DNA of 64,000 nucleotides from an uncultured Actinomycetes bacterium (GTDB lineage Bacteria; Actinomycetota; Thermoleophilia; Gaiellales; Gaiellaceae): NCBI GenBank assembly GCA_963716305.1, contig CAVQTB010000004.1, positions 10,919 to 74,918 of the forward strand, read 5' to 3'. Shown piece by piece: positions 58,488 to 64,000 of this stretch (position 1 is its first letter; each line of letters starts with the position of its first letter). The notes under the pieces were generated by a model. It saw only the letters and a program-made list of their open reading frames with translations, ran no database searches and was not told where the DNA came from. The position numbers and the translations under genes were made by a program.

Positions 58488-59564
58488 GCGCGGCTTCGCT
58501 ATCGAGAGCACCAGGCCTTGTGTCGACCTCGCTTGGCGCACCATCGTGCCGCCCTGACCTGAACCATTGAAGTCGAACCTGTCTTCGGAGGTGACCTTGA
58601 TGGTCATATCGCCTCCCCCCACCTTGTTCCCGCCCTCGGTGATCGTGAAGGTTCCCACGACGACGTCGTCGCCTTCCTTGTCGCCGGTGATCAATGCTCC
58701 CTTGAACTCGCCGCGGTACCCCGCTGTCCCGTGGATCCACTCTGCCACGACCTCTCTCCCGCCAGCAGGTTCGAACCTGGCGTTGTGCTTGATGTCACCC
58801 TGTGTCATCGTCATCGGGTGGGCAGCCCCGATGTCGCAGAGCGGGAATCCGAGCGCGGTGTTCTTCCACTTCCCCCCGAGGTTGATTCTCTCCCTCGGAT
58901 TCACGCCGGACAGGAGTACGGCTCTGTGCCAACTCAGGGCGCCCCAGATCTTGCCCGGGATGAGGGTCGAGTTGAGCTCGTCCGAACCTAAGCAGGTTTC
59001 AAATGCCGTCTTCCAACGTGCACCAACTGCATCCTGCACGGGCGGGAAGTTCCTGAAGCACATCCTTTGCAGGTCGAGCCTGAACTTGTCGTTGATGCGG
59101 TCCTTGGTCCAGTAGGGGTCGCTGAAGTCGATGAACTGCCCGTTGATGCGATCCCACACGAGTGCCCCGGAGTACGCGGCGTCGTGGAGGTCGCAGGCGT
59201 CCGTGAAATCCACCTTGAGCGTCTTTCCGTCGGTGCTCCTGTACGTCTGGTCATTCGCCCTGAACGCCGAGTCCGCCTGGCCACAGCCGTCGGTGACCTT
59301 GTCGATCGGGATCCAGCCCGGTGGCCGTTTGTCCGGCAGCGGCTGGGGACCGAACTCCTTCAGGACCTTCGAGACCTCGCTGGTCCCGACAGAGGCGGTT
59401 GCGGCTGCGGCGCCCAAAACGGTCACGACGCATGCCGCGACAAGCAGTGCCGCGCGTCCCCATCGGCCCCTGACATTCCCGCCTCGACGCGCACAGGAGG
59501 TCGCCACGAAGCGAACGATAGTCGCTCGGGGTTCGGGTCTGTCACTCCAGGACGGGAGGGCCAC
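58017..59564 (-). CDS. Modular exported protein P3: prokaryotic phospholipase-A2-like head, middle beta domain, shared C-terminal domain
   Basis: 515 aa; GTG start at 59564 or 59507. Signal-like RWGRAALLVAACVVTVLGAAAATA. Head has DGCGQAD...FTDACDLHDAAYSG...DRINDKFRLDLQRMC. I recall the Streptomyces secreted PLA2 as DLC.QAPD...FNTACARHDFGYRNY...SRIDSAFYEDMKRVC. Confidence 0.75.
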   Translation of the reverse strand: MALPSWSDRPEPRATIVRFVATSCARRGGNVRGRWGRAALLVAACVVTVLGAAAATASVGTSEVSKVLKEFGPQPLPDKRPPGWIPIDKVTDGCGQADSAFRANDQTYRSTDGKTLKVDFTDACDLHDAAYSGALVWDRINGQFIDFSDPYWTKDRINDKFRLDLQRMCFRNFPPVQDAVGARWKTAFETCLGSDELNSTLIPGKIWGALSWHRAVLLSGVNPRERINLGGKWKNTALGFPLCDIGAAHPMTMTQGDIKHNARFEPAGGREVVAEWIHGTAGYRGEFKGALITGDKEGDDVVVGTFTITEGGNKVGGGDMTIKVTSEDRFDFNGSGQGGTMVRQARSTQGLVLSIAKPRCENSGTSQQPKPAAGSFVLTSNKVTNPDAPEVTVDAAGGKALWDHTGQYGGAGKGGEWKVDYTFKVPQTLVAGKSYTLTLALVVSDVVPVQPLLIEFGARAPDFVGRASANYPNPPSDSKTFKVPLSAGYADFKEIVIIVGIGSAEVTYVYRRVGG

Positions 59565-59594
59565 CCAAAGGGGGCCCTAGTTTCGTGGCGGTTA

Positions 59595-59960
59595 TGGAGG
59601 CGGCGGGAATCGAACCCGCGTCCGCGGACGCACCGGACAGAGCGTCTACAAGCGTAGGCCGCGATTTCGGTTTCGCCCGGACGGCCGGTTCGCGACCGAC
59701 CTACCGCCGGGCTAGTCACCCTTTGGTCTCGCGCCGCCGGCGGTTGACTCTCCTTTGGCGCCAGCCCGTTTTCTGATGCCGCTTCCCGGGCCACGGGCCG
59801 AGCTCGGGGCGACACGTCAGCTAGTCAGTGACTAGACGACGAGTGCGAGATCGTTCTCATTCGCACTTGCGTTTGGTTCCGGTTGTTTTACGAGGCCGAC
59901 CGGAGACCTCGGCTTGCAGCTCTGCCGGAGAACCGACCACGTCGAAACCATGGCGCCCCC
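59595..59960 (-). ncRNA. ssrA: tmRNA (transfer-messenger RNA)
   Basis: The minus strand starts GGGGGCGCCATGGTTTCGACG and ends GCGGGTTCGATTCCCGCCGCCTCCA. Acceptor stem GGGGGCG/CGCCTCC has the G3:U70 alanine identity pair. GGCCTCGTAAAA is followed by the tag frame GCA AGT GCG AAT GAG AAC GAT CTC GCA CTC GTC GTC TAG. smpB lies 1.3 kb away. Confidence 0.93.
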
Positions 59961-59999
59961 GTATGTCGTAGCTCAGTGTAACCCTCATCCGCGCGGCGC

Positions 60000-61238
60000 C
60001 TAGTACTCGGTGGCGCTCTCGGGCTCGAGCGTCGTGATAGGCCGCGCGGCCGGCCGAGGCGCGATCGCCGTGGCGAGAAACGGCAGCACGAGCACGGAGA
60101 TCATCCCGGCGCCGATGAGCGACGCGCCGACCTCGGCGGTTATGGCGCCGCGGTCGGTTCCAATATCCACGATCGCCACGATCAGCGGCAGCCCGGTGGC
60201 CCCGAAGAGGGCGAGGCCGAGCGTCTCGCGCGGCGGGAGCTCGCGCGACCACAGGATCGCGGACGAGCCGCGGACGACCACGAGCAGGCCGAGGAAGAGC
60301 GCGGCGAGAGCGAGACCGGTCGCACTCAGGAGGCTGTCGATGTCGAAGTTCATCCCGGTGACGACGAAGTAGATCGGGATCATCAGCCCGAAACCGATCC
60401 CCTCGAGCCGGATCCGGACGGGCTCGCCGCTCGGCGAGTCCAGCGCCAGCCCGACGACGAGGCCCGCGGCGAACGCACCGAGCACGAAGTCGAAGCCGAC
60501 GTCGTGCGCGAGCAGCACGAGTGCGGCGAGCAGCAACACGGACAGGCGCACGGCGGCCTGGCCGGTGGTGTGGATCGTGTCACGGAGGATGCGAAGCATG
60601 CGCGGCGGCCTCGCACGCATGGCGATACCGGCGCCGACTGCGACGAGCGCACCGAAGGCGATCAGGAGCACGACCTCTGCCGCGGCTCCGTACACGCCGG
60701 TCAGGAAGACCGAGATGACGACGATCGGCCAGAACTCGCCGGCCACGCCGGTGCCGAGCACCGCCGAGCCTAGGCGCGTCGGGAGCAGACCCGCGTCGCT
60801 CAGGATCGGAACGAGCGTGCCGAGGGCTGTCGTCGACAGCGCGACCGCGACGAGCCACGCCTCGGCGTCGAGGCCCGCCTCGTGCAGCACGACTCCCGCG
60901 ACGCCGCCGATCGCGATCGACATCGCCCAGCCCATCGAGCCACGCACGACCGATCGACGCGGCACGTGCTTCTCGACCACCTCGAGCCCGGCGAAGAAGA
61001 AGAGGAACACGAGCCCGAAGTTCGCGAGGAACTCCAGGTAGCTGTCCGTCTCGGCCCAGCCCAGCACCTCCGGCCCGATGAGGATCCCGAGCACGATCTC
61101 GGCGACGACCGTCGGTAGCACGACGCGGTGGTGGAACCGCGACAGGACGACGCCGAGAGCGGACGCAGCGAGGACGAGGACGAGCGAGCGGAGGTCCGGC
61201 GGCGAAACCGCCGCCGCGATTGGCACCTCGGGCTGCAC
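60000..61238 (-). CDS. Cation:proton antiporter (CPA2/Kef-like membrane domain)
   Basis: In ORF 60000..61817. The GTG at 61238 starts 3 nt after the smpB stop. LPTVVAEIVLGILIGPEVLG... then about 11 TM segments. Confidence 0.75.
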   Translation of the reverse strand: MQPEVPIAAAVSPPDLRSLVLVLAASALGVVLSRFHHRVVLPTVVAEIVLGILIGPEVLGWAETDSYLEFLANFGLVFLFFFAGLEVVEKHVPRRSVVRGSMGWAMSIAIGGVAGVVLHEAGLDAEAWLVAVALSTTALGTLVPILSDAGLLPTRLGSAVLGTGVAGEFWPIVVISVFLTGVYGAAAEVVLLIAFGALVAVGAGIAMRARPPRMLRILRDTIHTTGQAAVRLSVLLLAALVLLAHDVGFDFVLGAFAAGLVVGLALDSPSGEPVRIRLEGIGFGLMIPIYFVVTGMNFDIDSLLSATGLALAALFLGLLVVVRGSSAILWSRELPPRETLGLALFGATGLPLIVAIVDIGTDRGAITAEVGASLIGAGMISVLVLPFLATAIAPRPAARPITTLEPESATEY

Positions 61239-61240
61239 GC

Positions 61241-61705
61241 TCAGCGGCGCGACTTGAGCGCGCGCTCGATCTGGCGCTGCGCGTCGCGGTCGGCGATCGT
61301 GCGGCGCTTGTCGCGCACGTCCTTGCCGCGCGCGAGCGCGAGCTCCACCTTCACGCGGCTGTCCTTGAAGTAGAGCTTGGTCGGGACGAGCGTGAGTCCC
61401 TTCTCGCGCAGCTGGCCGTAGAGGCGGTCGATCTCGCGCCGGTGCAGCAGCAGCTTCCGTGGCCGAGCCGGCTCGTGGTTTGCGCGGTTTCCCTGCTCGT
61501 AGACGGCGATCTCGACGCCCTGCAGCCACGCCTCGCCGTCGCGCACGTCGGCCCAGGCCTGCGCGAGCGTGGCGCGCCCGGCGCGCAGCGACTTGACCTC
61601 GGTGCCCGTCAGGACGAGCCCCGCCTCGATCCGGTCGAGGAGCTGGTAGTCGTGCCGCGCGCGGCGGTTCTCTGCGATCAGTTTCGTTCCCGCCTGCTTG
61701 GCCAT
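61241..61705 (-). CDS. smpB: SsrA-binding protein
   Basis: From the Met at 61705: MAKQAGTKLIAENRRARHDYQLLDRIEAGLVLTGTEVKSLR...RPRKLLLHRREI..., canonical SmpB. Confidence 0.95.
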   Translation of the reverse strand: MAKQAGTKLIAENRRARHDYQLLDRIEAGLVLTGTEVKSLRAGRATLAQAWADVRDGEAWLQGVEIAVYEQGNRANHEPARPRKLLLHRREIDRLYGQLREKGLTLVPTKLYFKDSRVKVELALARGKDVRDKRRTIADRDAQRQIERALKSRR

Positions 61706-61831
61706 GACGCCTGATTGTAGGGTCGCGCCGCCGGAGCTCCCGGGCCGCGCGCCGAACATCAGGGCCGTTGTAGGGTCGGACCAGGGGATCTCCGGATCGA
61801 CCGACGGAGGCGCACACGGCACGCTGGAGCC

Positions 61832-62824
61832 ATGACTGATCTAGCGACGTACAAGGAGCTGCGCCGGAGCCGCTCCGACCGGATGCTTGCCGGTGTGTGC
61901 GGCGGCCTCGGCCGCTACTTCGACGTGAATCCGGTCTTCTATCGCGTCGGCTTCGTCATCCTCACGCTCTTCGGCGGCGCCGGGATCCTCGTCTACGGCG
62001 CCGCGGTGCTCGTGATCCCCGACGAGGGCGAGCAGGAGTCGATCGCAACCGACGTGCTCCGCAACCGCAGGCGCCGACCCTTCGCTCTCGTCGGACTCGT
62101 GCTCGTCGGCGTGGCCGGGATCGCCCTCTTCTCCCACATCTCGTTCCGGTTCCCCAGCGACTGGTTCTGGGCCGTCGTCCTCGTCGGCGGCGCCGTCGTC
62201 CTCTGGTCGCAGCGGCGACCGGCACCCCCGGACACGCCCGCGCCTCCGCCAACACCGCCGGCGGCCGCGGAGCCGGCGGCCGCGGCGGAGCCGGCAGTGT
62301 CGGAGCCGGCCGCCGGGGAGCCGGTCCAGCCGCTCGCCGGCGAGCCTCCCCAGCCGGCGGCGCCCGCTCCCCCGCGCCGCCGCAGCGTCTTCCTGACCGT
62401 CCTCGGCGCCGTCGCCGTGTTCCTCGCGCTCGTCGTCGTCGCCGTCGTCGCCTTCACCAGCACCTACATGCACCTGGGCGACGGCGTCGGAGACCGCTCC
62501 TACCAGCCGGCGAGCGTCGGCGCGCTGCGCGACGACTACCGGCTCGGCATCGGCGAGCTCGAGCTCGACCTCTCGAAGCTCGCCCTCCCGGCCGGCACGA
62601 CCACGATCCAGGCGAGCGTCGGCATCGGCCGGCTCCACATCCTCGTCCCGAGCGGCGTCACCGTGCGGACGAAGGCGCACGTGAGCTGGGGTGAGGCGAG
62701 GTTGCTCGGGCACGAAGAAGACGGCCACAACATCCGTGCCGACGTCGGGCCCACTGACGCGCAGCTCGTGCTCGACACCGACGTCGGGATCGGCCAGATC
62801 GAGGTCGAGCGCGCCGTACGATGA
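61832..62824 (+). CDS. PspC-domain membrane protein with LiaF-like C-terminal domain
   Basis: 330 aa; RSRSDRMLAGVCGGLGRYFDVNPVFYRVGFVIL (PspC), Pro/Ala-rich linker, TM helix, then GIGELELDLS...VGIGRLHILVP...GIGQIEVER. Confidence 0.8.
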   Translation: MTDLATYKELRRSRSDRMLAGVCGGLGRYFDVNPVFYRVGFVILTLFGGAGILVYGAAVLVIPDEGEQESIATDVLRNRRRRPFALVGLVLVGVAGIALFSHISFRFPSDWFWAVVLVGGAVVLWSQRRPAPPDTPAPPPTPPAAAEPAAAAEPAVSEPAAGEPVQPLAGEPPQPAAPAPPRRRSVFLTVLGAVAVFLALVVVAVVAFTSTYMHLGDGVGDRSYQPASVGALRDDYRLGIGELELDLSKLALPAGTTTIQASVGIGRLHILVPSGVTVRTKAHVSWGEARLLGHEEDGHNIRADVGPTDAQLVLDTDVGIGQIEVERAVR

Positions 62825-63900
62825 CCGCGATGCCGTTCGTCGAGCTCCGCCGCAGCGACGACGACCGCGTCGTCGCCGGCGTCTGCGCGGGGATCGCCGA
62901 CACGATCGGCGTCGATCCCACGCTCGTCCGGCTCTTCTTCACCCTGCTCGCGCTCGCCGCCGGCGCCGGGGTTGTGCTCTACGTCGCGGTCTGGCTCTAC
63001 ATGAGCGGTCGCGGCTGGCTGGCGCTGATCGGGCTGCTCGCCGCGTCGGGCCTCGCACTCGGCGCCATCGGCCTCTCCGCGCACGCCTCGATCGCGCTCG
63101 TCCTGATCGCCTGCGGCCTCGTCGCGATCTGGCGGCAGCGGCGGCTCGCTGCGGACGAACGAGCCGGTCTCGCTCGTCGGTCTCGGGGCTGTCACGTTCG
63201 GCGCAGCGCTCCTGCTCGCCCAGGGCTCGGGCGCGTCGTTCCTCGCCCCGGGCGCGATCGCCGGCGCGCTCCTGCTGATCGCCGGCCCCTGGCTGTGGCA
63301 GCTCGCGGTCGAGCGCGACGCCGAGCGTACGGCGCGCATCCGCAGCGAGGAGCGGGCCGAGGTCGCCGCGCGCGTGCACGACTCCGTGCTCCAGACGCTG
63401 GCGCTCATCCAGCGGCATGCCGACGAGCCGCGGCGCGTCGCCTCGCTCGCGCGCCGCCAGGAGCGCGAGCTCCGGAGCTGGCTCTACGGCCACGGCGCCG
63501 CGTCGAGCGACACGCTCGTGGGCGCCCTCGCCGACGCAGCGACGGAGATCGAGGAGGTGCACGGCGATCCGCGTCGAGCTCGCATCGAGCGGCGACTGCC
63601 CGCTGGACGACGACGTGCGCGCCGTCGTGCTCGCGGCGCGCGAGGCGATGCAGAACGCCGCCAAGTTCTCCGGCGTCGAGGAGGTCGCCGTCTACGCCGA
63701 GTGCGACGCGGAGCGCGTGAGCGTCTTCGTCCGCGACCGCGGCGCGGGCTTCGACCGGGCGGCGGTGCCTCGCCGACCGGCGCGGCCTCACCGAGTCGAT
63801 CGAGAGCCGGATGACGCGCGCCGGCGGCACGGCCACGATCGTCACCTCGCCCGGCGAGGGCACCGAGGTCGAGCTCGTCCTGCCGAGGAGCGCAGTCGTG
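62821..63900 (+). pseudogene. PspC-domain histidine kinase (HisKA_3/NarL-partner type) with at least three frameshifts
   Basis: Frame 1: MTAMPFVELRRSDDDRVVAGVCAGIADTIGVDPTLVRLFFTLLAL. Frame 2: VSLVGLGAVTFGAALL...RVHDSVLQTLALIQR...RQERELRSWLY. Frame 0: IRVELASSGDCPLDD..REAMQNAAKFSG...VRDRGAGFD. Frame 1: DRRGLTESIESRMTRAGGTATIVTSPGEGTEVELVLP. Shifts are near 63130-63150, 63566 and 63765-63775. Confidence 0.75.
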
Positions 63901-64000
63901 AAGGTGCGCGTCGTCCTCGTCGACGACCACGCGCTCTTCCGCGCCGGCGTGCGCGGCGAGCTCGGCGACAAGGTCGAGATCGTCGGCGAGGCCGAGAGCG
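63898..64000 (+). CDS. Response regulator receiver domain (NarL/LuxR type expected), N-terminal fragment
   Basis: The GTG at 63898 gives VKVRVVLVDDHALFRAGVRGELGDKVEIVGEAES and runs off the window. Confidence 0.8.
   Translation, partial: MKVRVVLVDDHALFRAGVRGELGDKVEIVGEAES

Noticed and set aside
39053-59620. Could the repeated 23-26-nt units be a CRISPR array?
   Set aside because: Spacing is irregular (0.7 to 13 kb) and the intervals contain full-length genes. The repeat equals the tmRNA 3' end, and no cas genes are present.
59857-60252. 131-aa minus-strand ORF overlapping the 5' half of ssrA.
   Set aside because: It lies on top of a confidently identified tmRNA and the CPA2 gene terminus, and has an Arg-rich composition. 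It is treated as spurious.

Overview
High-GC (about 70 percent by eye) actinobacterial-type chromosomal segment, densely coding on both strands. The first ~39 kb is mostly ordinary. It holds gatCAB, cspA, folD, an orphan class-I HMG-CoA-reductase-like gene, pdxS and a GGDEF/HD-GYP membrane protein. It also holds cytochrome-c and cupredoxin-like exported proteins, a tandem-USP protein, tRNA-Met(CAT), an RpoD-family sigma factor, several hydrolases and an HD-GYP/LuxR regulator. Further along are an exported protein with four FN3-like repeats, threonine aldolase, a NiCoT nickel/cobalt permease with a Fur-family regulator, a GT-C-like glycosyltransferase, an M20 amidohydrolase and an SDR epimerase. 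The right end carries smpB, a CPA2 antiporter, tmRNA (ssrA, 59595-59960, minus strand) and a PspC/LiaF, PspC-kinase and response-regulator module. The most unusual part lies between the SDR gene and ssrA (39053-59594). Five partial copies of the last 23-26 nt of ssrA, all in ssrA orientation, divide ~20.5 kb into stacked islets with no recognisable integrase. The islets carry three paralogous modular exported proteins: two have a Cys/His hydrolase-like head and one has a prokaryotic phospholipase-A2-like head. All three share a ~150-aa C-terminal domain, and 496 bp of it is perfectly identical between two copies. The islets also carry a BBE-type FAD oxidase, a DUF3237-like protein and a 13-kb block. 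That block holds a TMEM175-like channel, an HdeD-like protein, NhaC, a P-type ATPase preceded by an unlisted 52-aa His-rich membrane peptide, and an arcA-arcB-arcC-yfcC arginine deiminase operon. At least six otherwise well-conserved genes are interrupted by about 12-13 strongly clustered frameshifts. This is either real gene decay or local assembly error. All calls rest on my own motif-level reading of the translations; no database search or computation was possible.
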